Positions 49,517 through 58,525 of a stretch of DNA of 64,000 nt are shown piece after piece (position 1 is the stretch's first letter; the number at the start of each line of letters is the position of its first letter). Location of the stretch: positions 1 through 64,000 of the IMG/VR virus record IMGVR_UViG_3300028797_000159, one strand, 5' to 3'. The notes beneath the pieces were generated by a model, which was not told the origin of the DNA, did no database searches, and was given only the letters and a program-made list of their open reading frames with translations. Origin of the DNA: a virus. Taxonomy: Duplodnaviria; Caudoviricetes. The translations under genes and the position numbers were made by a program.

Positions 49517-49982
49517 ATGATTAGAAGAAAATATATACTAGAATCAACAGACGCAACATCGATTAATTCTACAAGAAGTGCTGCTAGTTTATTAAAAAAG
49601 ATTAGGTTTTAGAAAAGGTAAAAGTTTTAAAGGTGTAAGTGGTGCGAACTATTATATTGGTGATAACTGTGGTGTAATATTACATAGTAGTGGTATTTAT
49701 TTTCCTAAAAAGTATGATGTTTCAGACAATATTGTTGAAACTGATTATACATTAAAAAATACATTACCAATGCTTGGACTAAGTATACAGCATGGTGCAG
49801 ATGTTAGTGAAAGCACAATGGAAGACCTTATTGCTTATACCTTATTAAATAAAGGTAGGGATGTAACATTATCTTTTCCAACTACTATAGATGAAATAAA
49901 AGAAAACATTGAAATTGTGCAAGAAGATGGCGATGCTATTAGGTATATAATTGAATCTTACTTAGAAAACCTAAATAATTAA
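49517..49982 (+). pseudogene. frameshifted hypothetical gene
   Basis: Removing one A from A6 at 49594-49599 joins MIRRKYILES... to the open frame ending at 49982. Confidence 0.6.
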
Positions 49983-49989
49983 TATAAAT

Positions 49990-50020
49990 AAATCCCATAT
50001 AGTTAACTATATGGGATTTT
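49990..50020 (+). terminator. intrinsic terminator, identical to 59298-59328
   Basis: aaatcccatatagttaactatatgggatttt. Confidence 0.8.
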
Positions 50021-50025
50021 CTATT

Positions 50026-50155
50026 TGTATCTGAAGTATTTCAAAATAGTATTCAAAATCCCTGATACAAAATTATGCAAAAATTTTGTTTACAAGGCAG
50101 TAGTCCTGTGGTATAATTATCCCATAATCGTTAAGGCAAAGAGCCTTACGCGATT
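50026..50155 (+). promoter_or_regulatory. repeat cassette copy 20 (unrelated leader hairpin)
   Basis: -35 50089; -10 50112; hairpin aatcg-taaggc/gcctta-cgatt. Confidence 0.85.
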
Positions 50156-50301
50156 CTTCTTTGACTGTATTTGGGGAATACTATGAGAAATGAAATTGAG
50201 GCTTTAATCCTTTTGGTCGTCGTTGTCTTTGGCTGCTTCTATGTCAATGAACTCACTGATCTTCTTGGCACTTTCATTTCTATGATTATGGGGTAAGACA
50301 T

Positions 50302-50520
50302 ATGTTTAAACTTTATTATCTTTTCGATTCCGATAATGCTGCAACTTCTGTTTACTCTGATCCCGAATTGATTAATTGCATTAATTATATGGAGGATAGT
50401 GGCTTTAATAAAGCTAGATGTTTGATTGTTTCGCCAAATGGTACTAGAATTACATTTGAGTCTAATGATATTGTGTTTCATAGCACTCAAACTTATCGTA
50501 CAGCACTTCATGCATGTTAG
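50302..50520 (+). CDS. hypothetical protein
   Basis: 72-aa ORF. Confidence 0.55.
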   Translation: MFKLYYLFDSDNAATSVYSDPELINCINYMEDSGFNKARCLIVSPNGTRITFESNDIVFHSTQTYRTALHAC

Positions 50521-50819
50521 TGAGGATAATTATTATGCCATGCCAATATTATGAAACAATAGCAGATACTTTACTTGACGAAATAGAAATGTGGTTTATA
50601 GCTAATTGTTCACCTGATAGCTATGCTACTATAGAACAATATATAGAAGATATGGATTCATTTATAGATTGTATAAATGATACTGGATTAAATGATTGTA
50701 TTAATTATCTTATCACTGAATATGGCTATTCACCTGAATATATAGAAAATCACATTAACGAAATTGCAGCTTATATTGTTTATTGTGCTGAGAATTCTTT
50801 AAAAGAAAATATTAAATAG
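50514..50819 (+). CDS. hypothetical protein, distant paralog of 5424/8541
   Basis: LLDEIEMWFIAN...LITEYGYSPEYIE. Confidence 0.55.
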   Translation: MLVRIIIMPCQYYETIADTLLDEIEMWFIANCSPDSYATIEQYIEDMDSFIDCINDTGLNDCINYLITEYGYSPEYIENHINEIAAYIVYCAENSLKENIK

Positions 50820-50829
50820 GAGCTTTACT

Positions 50830-51228
50830 ATGGCAGACACTGAAAACAAAATTAACCTTCGTGACCTTGATGATGTTGATTGTGCGAACATTGTTGTAGC
50901 TAGACAGATTAAAAAGTTTATTCGTAAATTTCAATCATTTAAAACAACGCCAATCGATTGTTGGATTAGTCGCGGGCACTTTATCACATTTAAATATAGT
51001 AATGATAAATTCATCTGGGAATCGGCACCAGATAAGTATGGCTGTAAAACATTTATCACATCATTGAGTGAAAATCTTAGTAGATTCGACTTGAACAAGC
51101 TTCTTGTATTTACATTTAACACAATGTGTGATATGAATAATAGTGAAGATATTTCAGATACTGCTGAAGACCTTCTTGCATATGCTGAATCTAAATTGCG
51201 TGAAATGCTTGCTGATGAAGCTGTATAA
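50830..51228 (+). CDS. hypothetical protein
   Basis: AGGAG RBS. Confidence 0.6.
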   Translation: MADTENKINLRDLDDVDCANIVVARQIKKFIRKFQSFKTTPIDCWISRGHFITFKYSNDKFIWESAPDKYGCKTFITSLSENLSRFDLNKLLVFTFNTMCDMNNSEDISDTAEDLLAYAESKLREMLADEAV

Positions 51229-51298
51229 TCTCATATAAGTTAAAAACCCTCTAATTTAAATTAGAGGGTTTTTATTTTATTATTTATTATGTAAAAAC

Positions 51299-51426
51299 TA
51301 CGACCTGTAAATCGAAATATTTCGAAGAATCCCTGATACAATTTGATACACTTTTTATGTTTACAGACTTTAATTTTTATAGTATAATATGTCTATAAAT
51401 TGAATGGATGGAATGGGTCCTTCCAG
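51299..51426 (+). promoter_or_regulatory. repeat cassette copy 21
   Basis: Reverse box tacgacctgtaaa; -35 51360; -10 51383. Confidence 0.88.
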
Positions 51427-51444
51427 TAAACAAAGGAGTATAAT

Positions 51445-51798
51445 ATGAAGAAATATACAGTTAATACTAATATTACAATGAATCTCTGTGACGAGTTTTA
51501 TGGAGAACCAGCTCTAACGCTTGAAGGTTTAGATCTTAATAGCCTTGATGATTATGCAAATTACCTTGACAATGAATGTGTTTTAAAAGATAATGCAGTC
51601 TTTCATGTTATTCATGGAAGTGAGATGAATGATTTCTATACGTTATCTGGAAAAAATGCTTATCCAGATGATTTAAATATTGTTGTTATTAAGTTAAGCA
51701 ACCTTGTTAATCCAAATAAACTTATTACAAAGAGGTTTGAATTCGGTGGAAGGTGGTTTGACGATGTTGTTGATAACAATGCTCACAGAGAATGCTAA
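51445..51798 (+). CDS. conserved phage protein, paralog of 31307
   Basis: See 31307. Confidence 0.75.
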   Translation: MKKYTVNTNITMNLCDEFYGEPALTLEGLDLNSLDDYANYLDNECVLKDNAVFHVIHGSEMNDFYTLSGKNAYPDDLNIVVIKLSNLVNPNKLITKRFEFGGRWFDDVVDNNAHREC

Positions 51799-51803
51799 TT
51801 TAA

Positions 51804-52214
51804 TTGGGAACAGCTATGTCGCTTTATACATTAAAAGAACTTAACAACAAACCAGCGGAAATTATAAGTGCACTTATACTAGAAGAATACAAGATAATTC
51901 CTACAGAACAGTCTAGTAATAAAAAAGAATTTGTGGCTGTACTTACTAAGGGTAACTATACAGTTGAAGTTATAACGCGGTATAATTACGATTATTTTGT
52001 TATAATCTTTACTGCTAAACATAGTACAGATCATAAATTTGACATTGAAGAATCACGCATATATTATAAGTCGTATAGCGACAAATATGATGAAGTTTAT
52101 TCAGACTCTAAAAAAGAGGCTGAAGATGAGCGTCTTAAATATCTCACAAAGTGTTATGAAGATATGTATTTAACAGGAAAATTTCCAGAAGTCTATAAGG
52201 AGTTTCCAAGATGA
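51804..52214 (+). CDS. hypothetical protein
   Basis: ORF; start uncertain. Confidence 0.6.
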   Translation: MGTAMSLYTLKELNNKPAEIISALILEEYKIIPTEQSSNKKEFVAVLTKGNYTVEVITRYNYDYFVIIFTAKHSTDHKFDIEESRIYYKSYSDKYDEVYSDSKKEAEDERLKYLTKCYEDMYLTGKFPEVYKEFPR

Positions 52215-52489
52215 GTGGTGGTGCATTTGACTACAGAGATAATATCCTTTTTGATTTAAAGGACATGGTTGCCCGTGAAATCGGACTACTTGAATATGGT
52301 GGTAATAACGAAGATTGGAGAAGCGATAATCCTAAAGTCATTGAATATATGAAAACTATTTGCAAAGACTTGGGTAAACTTGGCAACATACTTCATTCAC
52401 TAGATTGGTATTTGTCTGGTGATACTAGTGAAGATAAATTTATTTCAGATTATGAAAATTTATATATGGAGAAGCATGATGGCGACTAG
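52211..52489 (+). CDS. conserved phage protein (MSGGxFDY type)
   Basis: MSGGAFDY...LDWYLSGDTSED. Confidence 0.65.
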   Translation: MSGGAFDYRDNILFDLKDMVAREIGLLEYGGNNEDWRSDNPKVIEYMKTICKDLGKLGNILHSLDWYLSGDTSEDKFISDYENLYMEKHDGD

Positions 52490-52709
52490 TGAAAGTTGTA
52501 TGCTTAATTTAACAATTGGTCAAATAAGAGTATTACATCATACTTTGGAGAAATATATTCGCAGTCATGATATAATCTTACATAACAGTAGATTTAACAT
52601 AAACGAAATGAGACTTATATTTGCCGATATGTCAAGATATTGTGAATTATGCAATACGCTTAATGATATTCTAATTAAACATGATAGCCAAACATATAAG
52701 AGTGAGTAA
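52479..52709 (+). CDS. hypothetical protein
   Basis: ORF; start uncertain. Confidence 0.5.
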   Translation: MATSESCMLNLTIGQIRVLHHTLEKYIRSHDIILHNSRFNINEMRLIFADMSRYCELCNTLNDILIKHDSQTYKSE

Positions 52710-52715
52710 ATAATT

Positions 52716-53075
52716 ATGCTTACAAAATTTAATAATATGGATGCTGTTGTGTCTGATGTTGTTCATTCATGTATTAACGACGGTTATAAGATTGATGTAG
52801 AAGAATCAATAATTGATTATGAAGAAGATAAGAACTGTGTATTTAAAACTGTTCTGAAAAAAGATGTTGATGGAATTGAATGTAAAACTGTTATTACACT
52901 CAATAGCAATGAAGATGATAAAACTAAATATTGCACTTATCACAAAGTAGAGATTGTTGGTGATACTAAATGGAGTGAAGAAACTTATACATATAATTAT
53001 ACAACTAACAAGTATAAACTAAATAACACTGTTAAAGATAATTCTCTAAATAAAACAAATAATAATATTATATAA
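52716..53075 (+). CDS. hypothetical protein, related to 63..638
   Basis: CINDGYKID. Confidence 0.6.
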   Translation: MLTKFNNMDAVVSDVVHSCINDGYKIDVEESIIDYEEDKNCVFKTVLKKDVDGIECKTVITLNSNEDDKTKYCTYHKVEIVGDTKWSEETYTYNYTTNKYKLNNTVKDNSLNKTNNNII

Positions 53076-53124
53076 ATAATTCCTGATATTATGATAATGT
53101 CATAGTGTTAGGAATTATTTATTT

Positions 53125-53239
53125 TTATCGAATCTGTATCAAAAATCCCTGATACAAATTGATGAATTTTTCTTGTTTACAAATCAGTGATCTTGAAGTA
53201 TAATATACCTATAAATTGAATGAGAATGGACTCATTCAG
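53125..53239 (+). promoter_or_regulatory. repeat cassette copy 22
   Basis: -35 53176; -10 53199. Confidence 0.9.
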
Positions 53240-53258
53240 TGAACTATGGAGACTCACA

Positions 53259-53498
53259 ATGATAAACCCATTTATTGGAATGCAAGAAATTCAGGAACTC
53301 AAAGATTCTGATCAATTCAATTATATAGTTGTTTATCCTGTGTTAAATAACAAACTTGAAATTATTCCATTTGTTGATAGATCTAGAGCTTTTAAAGAGA
53401 CTGTTAAAGTTTCAGAAAGTGGACAGTGGGTTTATATGATTGAACTCAAAGATGGTCACATCCTTGCATATCTTACTGGTTATTGTTCTAAACGATAA
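53259..53498 (+). CDS. hypothetical protein
   Basis: Start after GGAG. Confidence 0.6.
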   Translation: MINPFIGMQEIQELKDSDQFNYIVVYPVLNNKLEIIPFVDRSRAFKETVKVSESGQWVYMIELKDGHILAYLTGYCSKR

Positions 53499-53518
53499 TT
53501 TACTTGGAGAGCATAAAC

Positions 53519-53767
53519 ATGACTGAAATGTATTATCTTGTAAAACAAAATAAAGACGATGTTTATCTTCTGAGTGAACCGAATAAAATATTATTCTCAA
53601 CAAAAGATCGTAAAGAAGCTGAGCTTGCATATAAGAAAGTTGCCGGTGATAAAAAAGTATTTCCTGATGAATTTGATAAAGGAATTTATGTATTAGTATC
53701 AATGGGTCATTATCCACTTCATCCAAAAACACTCTATGAGATTAATTCGAATACTTACCCAGTGTAA
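53519..53767 (+). CDS. hypothetical protein, paralog of 4237
   Basis: See 4237. Confidence 0.6.
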   Translation: MTEMYYLVKQNKDDVYLLSEPNKILFSTKDRKEAELAYKKVAGDKKVFPDEFDKGIYVLVSMGHYPLHPKTLYEINSNTYPV

Positions 53768-53864
53768 ATAATATTATAGGAATAAGTTATGTTCGATATA
53801 TTATTAATTATAAGTGGAACACTTTTGTTTATTTCTGTAATTATGTATGCTGAACATATTTAAA

Positions 53865-54003
53865 TTTACATGTCATAGTTTCAGTCTGTATCGAAATAAA
53901 GTCAAAAATCCATGATACAAAATGATGAATCTTTTTTGTTTACAAGGATAGACTTTTGGACTATAATATGTCCATAAATTGAATGAGTCCATTCTCATTC
54001 AAT
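53865..54003 (+). promoter_or_regulatory. repeat cassette copy 23 (inverted leader hairpin)
   Basis: -35 53939; -10 53962; hairpin attgaatgagTCCATTctcattcaat. Confidence 0.9.
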
Positions 54004-54021
54004 AACCTAATGAGGTACCAA

Positions 54022-54330
54022 ATGGCATTTTACACATTGGAAGAGTTGGAATTGAATATTGCTGATCAGATTAATAAACTCGTCCAGAATGGCTATCATA
54101 TTGATGGTGAGGCTTCTACCTCAACAGGTAAGCGATTTAAAGCTGTGCTTAAAAAAGATTTCCCTCAACAAATGACTGTGATTTTTAGAAGTATTATCAT
54201 TTGTGATAAATATGCATCAGGTTTTGAAGTCTCGTGCAAAAAGCTTCCTGAACTCAATCATTCAAAGTATAATACTTATTATAAAGTACATGACAATATT
54301 TATACTGATTCTAAAACTGCAACTTACTAA
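54022..54330 (+). CDS. hypothetical protein, related to 63..638
   Basis: LVQNGYHID; GAGG RBS. Confidence 0.6.
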   Translation: MAFYTLEELELNIADQINKLVQNGYHIDGEASTSTGKRFKAVLKKDFPQQMTVIFRSIIICDKYASGFEVSCKKLPELNHSKYNTYYKVHDNIYTDSKTATY

Positions 54331-54347
54331 TAATGGAGGTACATACT

Positions 54348-54653
54348 ATGAGTACTTGGGAAAGCTTGGATTATGCACCTTTTAACGGTGATGAGATTAT
54401 TTGCACACATTTTTATTGGAATCCAGTTGTTACTAACAAAGACCCTCATTATAGAGTATTTTTAAAACATAAAGATGGCACTATTAATAGTGTAAGAAAA
54501 TACACAATTGACATTATGAATTCATATATTAAAAGTGTAATGAACTCTAATGATGTTGTTGATTACATGCTGTGTGAATGGGTAAATAACGAATACCGTG
54601 AATGTAGACATTCTAAAGGTTGGAATATTAAAATTAAAGACCTTAAATATTAA
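54348..54653 (+). CDS. hypothetical protein
   Basis: GGAGG RBS. Confidence 0.6.
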   Translation: MSTWESLDYAPFNGDEIICTHFYWNPVVTNKDPHYRVFLKHKDGTINSVRKYTIDIMNSYIKSVMNSNDVVDYMLCEWVNNEYRECRHSKGWNIKIKDLKY

Positions 54654-54658
54654 GTATA

Positions 54659-54790
54659 TTTACACATCATATTTGTATTAGAAATAAATCGAAAATCCCT
54701 GATACAAAATGATGAATTTTTTCTGTTTACAAGGGCAAGTAGTTGTAGTATAATATACTCATAAATTGAATGGGAATGGTTCCTGTTCAT
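54659..54790 (+). promoter_or_regulatory. repeat cassette copy 24
   Basis: -35 54726; -10 54749. Confidence 0.9.
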
Positions 54791-54807
54791 AGACTGGAGG
54801 AATTATT

Positions 54808-56121
54808 ATGATGGAAATAAAAGGGAAATATTGTACTGCAAAAATATATGCTGGCACTATAGAAGATGGTGTAGTTGAACAGTTAAAAGAAATTGTAAAC
54901 TGTCCAGCTTTTAAAGATCAGCAGGTTCGATGTATGCCGGACGTTCATGTTGGTGCGGCAGGTCCATGCGGGTTAGTAGCAACTATTGGTGAATGGGTAA
55001 ACCCGCAACACGTTGGTGTAGACATTGGCTGTGAAGTTTCAATGGTTTTTCTTAATAAGAAAATACCTGAATTTATTTATAAAGAATTTGAGGCAAAAGT
55101 AAAAGAGCAAGTTAAATTTGGACAGACTATACACTCAGAATGTAAAGTTGACAAATTAGAATTTGTTAAATTTATTCAGGAAGGCTTTGATACGTATCGT
55201 GGCATTTGGCCTGATAAGTTATATGAACTTCCGAAAGTAGTAACTATTGAATACATTAACTCTGTTATTAGTAGAGTTGGCATAAATGAAGAACACTTTT
55301 GGCGTTCATTAGGAACTGTCGGTGGTGGAAATCACTATTGGGAATACGGTGAAGGTTCTGAAGGTAATACTTGTCATTACGCATATTCAGTTCATTGTGG
55401 ATCTCGTAACTTTGGTTTAAAAGTATGTCATTATTGGACTAAGTTGGCAGAGTGCGGTTTATCTAAAAGCGAAATTAAAAGCATTACTGATGCTTTAAAA
55501 GTAGAGTATTCAAATACTTACTCATCAATGGAAGGTTTTTCTGAAGCGTTAAAAGAAAAATTAGATATTGAAAAATCTAAAAAGATACCTGGCTATTTAA
55601 CAGGTGACTTACTTAGAGGATATCTTTGTGATATGTGTTTTGCTCAATTATATGCAAAATTTAATCATATTACTATAGAAAAAATTGTGAACGAGATATT
55701 AGGTCAATATGGTATACATCAAATAGACAGAATTTCATGTACGCATAATTTTATAGACTTAGAAGATCATACTCTGCGAAAGTCAGCTATTCGTTCATAT
55801 AAAGGAGAGCGACTTTTGCTTCCATTCAATATGAAAAGCGGAACTGCAGTGTGTGAAGGCAAGTCAAATACAGAATGGTTAAATGGTTGTGCTCATGGGG
55901 CTGGTAGAAAGATGTCACGTACTATGGCAAAGTCTAAAATTTCTTTAGAAGAGTTTAAACTTTCAATGGAAGGCGTTTATTCTACTACTGTTTGTGAGTC
56001 GACTATAGACGAGTCACCTATGGCTTATAAAGATACTGATGAGATTAAAAGACTAATATCTGAAACTGCAGATATTAAATTTATGATGTTACCTAAGATA
56101 AACATTAAAGCAACTGAATAA
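54808..56121 (+). CDS. rtcB: RtcB 3'-phosphate/cyclic-phosphate RNA ligase
   Basis: MPDVHVG, VGVDIGC, LGTVGGGNHYWE, VHCGSR, HNF, HGAGRKMSR, DESPMAYKD. Confidence 0.95.
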   Translation: MMEIKGKYCTAKIYAGTIEDGVVEQLKEIVNCPAFKDQQVRCMPDVHVGAAGPCGLVATIGEWVNPQHVGVDIGCEVSMVFLNKKIPEFIYKEFEAKVKEQVKFGQTIHSECKVDKLEFVKFIQEGFDTYRGIWPDKLYELPKVVTIEYINSVISRVGINEEHFWRSLGTVGGGNHYWEYGEGSEGNTCHYAYSVHCGSRNFGLKVCHYWTKLAECGLSKSEIKSITDALKVEYSNTYSSMEGFSEALKEKLDIEKSKKIPGYLTGDLLRGYLCDMCFAQLYAKFNHITIEKIVNEILGQYGIHQIDRISCTHNFIDLEDHTLRKSAIRSYKGERLLLPFNMKSGTAVCEGKSNTEWLNGCAHGAGRKMSRTMAKSKISLEEFKLSMEGVYSTTVCESTIDESPMAYKDTDEIKRLISETADIKFMMLPKINIKATE

Positions 56122-56155
56122 AAATACCGGACAATTAATAATTGTCCGGCACGGC

Positions 56156-57004
56156 TTAACAATTTGATCTTCCTGGGTAATATCCTTCTGGACAGACTGT
56201 TGATAAAATATCTTCTTTTCCATTTGTGTACCAATGCTTTTTATTTTTAGCTCTACTGCATTTTATTTTATTAGCAGTTTCTTGTGATACAGACTTACCA
56301 GGTCTAAATCCTTCAGGACATTCAAATGCTAAAGTATTTTCTTTTCCGTTAGTATACCAGTGTTTACCAAACGAGCCATTTTCTTTTCCAACAGTTTTAC
56401 CTTTATGTGCTTCACTTTGCTTTCTACGATGTTCTTCTGTTATTAGTGGTCTATTTTTTGCAGCGATACTCATATTAGAACGATGTTCATTTGAAAATAA
56501 TCTACCTTTAACAAACCCTTCAGGACATTCATAAGTAAATATATTTGTTTTCCCATTATTAAACCAATGTTTATTTTTACTATAGCAGCCGACAGATTTC
56601 ATTGATCCGTTGCTAATTCTTTCTTTCAATAGATTTGAATAATCTTCTCTTAATTTAGCATATTCTTCTGCAGATATTTTGTAATCTGAATTTGGGCGAC
56701 TCCAAAACGCGTGTAAAGCGAATCTCATGCTATTGCCAGGAAATATATTTACTAATAACTTATGACACTCATAGTGTTCGGTTGCAGTTAGCAACACCAA
56801 ATTAAATTTACATCTTTTAAATTCTGTAAAGATTGATCTAGGTAAGATATGATGACATTCATAATAGCTACCATTTCCCTTTTTACGTAAGCCTAACTTA
56901 CATTCTTGCTTTGCGCGAGAAATAATCTCAATATACTTTTTACATGAGTCAATAATTAAATTAACGCCGATAATACTTCTTACTAAACTTTTGTTATATT
57001 CCAT
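56156..57004 (-). CDS. HNH homing endonuclease with NUMOD3 and W(F/Y)xNG...CPEG repeats
   Basis: ECHHILPRS...NLVLLTATEHYECHKLL; three HW.TNGK..CPEG repeats. Confidence 0.85.
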   Translation of the reverse strand: MEYNKSLVRSIIGVNLIIDSCKKYIEIISRAKQECKLGLRKKGNGSYYECHHILPRSIFTEFKRCKFNLVLLTATEHYECHKLLVNIFPGNSMRFALHAFWSRPNSDYKISAEEYAKLREDYSNLLKERISNGSMKSVGCYSKNKHWFNNGKTNIFTYECPEGFVKGRLFSNEHRSNMSIAAKNRPLITEEHRRKQSEAHKGKTVGKENGSFGKHWYTNGKENTLAFECPEGFRPGKSVSQETANKIKCSRAKNKKHWYTNGKEDILSTVCPEGYYPGRSNC

Positions 57005-57092
57005 AATTATTCCTACAAATAAATAGTTAATACAACTTAACTTAGCTGTTTATGTATATAGATATTTATTGGAATAATAACTATTAAGATCA

Positions 57093-57371
57093 ATACTAGC
57101 AATAGGAAAAGGCAATGAAGATTGGAACTGTTCAGGTCCTCATGGTGCTGGTCGGTTAATGTCGCGTAAAGAAGCTAAACAGTCGATTTCAATGAAAGAC
57201 TTCATTAACTCAATGGACGGTATTTATACCACTTCCGTCAATGAAGGAACTTTGGATGAGTCACCGATGGCATATAAAAATGCGCAGGAAATTATTGACT
57301 GTGTGAAAGACACCGTTGATATTGTTACCGTAATTAAACCGATTTACAACTTCAAAGCATCTGATGTTTGA
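57093..57371 (+). pseudogene. rtcB: orphan 3' fragment of a second rtcB allele
   Basis: ILAIGKGNEDWNCSGPHGAGRLMSRKEAK...DESPMAYKN...KPIYNFKA; stop upstream, no start. Confidence 0.88.
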
Positions 57372-57784
57372 TAAATAAAATGCGACATATTAAATATGTC
57401 GCATTTTAACAGGAGATCTTAACATGGCATACATAGGCAATAGTATGAATAATATAAATGTGAAGTTTTCCTATAATGAATTTGGATTATTGCTTAACGA
57501 AAAGAATTCTTTTATTGGAATCAACTTAATGACGACGAAAAGAATAAATTAATTCAAGATTTGAAAAAGAATTTGAAAGTATTGGAACTGTTCTGTCAGT
57601 AACAGAATTAAACATAGCATTAAGATTTTTGCTTACGCTTAATTTAGGATTTGCTCTCTAACCAACCTCTATGTGTCTTATCTTAAATAAGAATTCAATA
57701 GTGGATTAAAATTTAGCCTCTAGTCGTGTATATTTTCAATACATTGCTAGAGGTTTTATTTTACTTTCATTTCTGGAGTTTAGT

Positions 57785-58474
57785 ATGGGCGTATATGATG
57801 ATGTAATATCTGAATTTTACGAAGACAAGAAACCTGGATATTGTTATAGATGCATGAGCTATTGCTGTATTCATAACAATGAAGAACTAAAAAGAGAAGC
57901 AGAAGAAAACGAAAGAAAGTGGCGAGAAGAAATTAAAAAGCGTAATGAAGTGTTTTCGCAGAAGTGTGCTGAAGATGCGCGTAATGAAGCGACGGGAAAA
58001 GAAATTGTAAGAAGTGTTCTAGATTTCTACAATGTAAAGCGAGATAAAGATTGGCCAACAAAAGTAATATGTGATAACAATGACACTTTCTACATATCTT
58101 ACTTGTTTGGGTTAGATAATGAACGTGATTTTTATATTTCAGTTGGCTCAGGTAAAATATCAGCAGATGATCTAGTAAAGAAATTAAAACAGCGAATTGG
58201 TGATTTTAATATGAAACATAATAGCAAACTTACTAAATTCAACGACATGTTTGCAAAGACTGTAAGCATCGTAAATAATGCAGCTGATGTAAACAAAGAG
58301 CGTCACATGTTAGAAGACTTGCTTGAGTTTAATAGAACAATGAAAAAGATTGAAAGCGATAGCGAGTATAACAAATGCGTTGCTGACATGTATGAATTAT
58401 GGGAAGCATTTTTAGCAGCTTATGACAAATGTAATACAGCATTAAAAACCGCGCTTAACAAATCAAGGTCTTGA
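57785..58474 (+). CDS. hypothetical protein
   Basis: 229 aa; CYRC/YCC; coiled-coil. Confidence 0.6.
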   Translation: MGVYDDVISEFYEDKKPGYCYRCMSYCCIHNNEELKREAEENERKWREEIKKRNEVFSQKCAEDARNEATGKEIVRSVLDFYNVKRDKDWPTKVICDNNDTFYISYLFGLDNERDFYISVGSGKISADDLVKKLKQRIGDFNMKHNSKLTKFNDMFAKTVSIVNNAADVNKERHMLEDLLEFNRTMKKIESDSEYNKCVADMYELWEAFLAAYDKCNTALKTALNKSRS

Positions 58475-58525
58475 TATGAATAAAATATCTTTGGCTCGTC
58501 TGTGCAAGGAGGGTAAGTAATAATT

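Noticed and set aside
49591-49605. Programmed -1 frameshift at A-AAA-AAG
   Set aside because: The -1 frame hits TAG immediately; the downstream ORF needs +1.
57121-57593. 13-nt repeat attggaactgttc at 57121 and 57581
   Set aside because: Short, read in different frames, with no further similarity; treated as chance.
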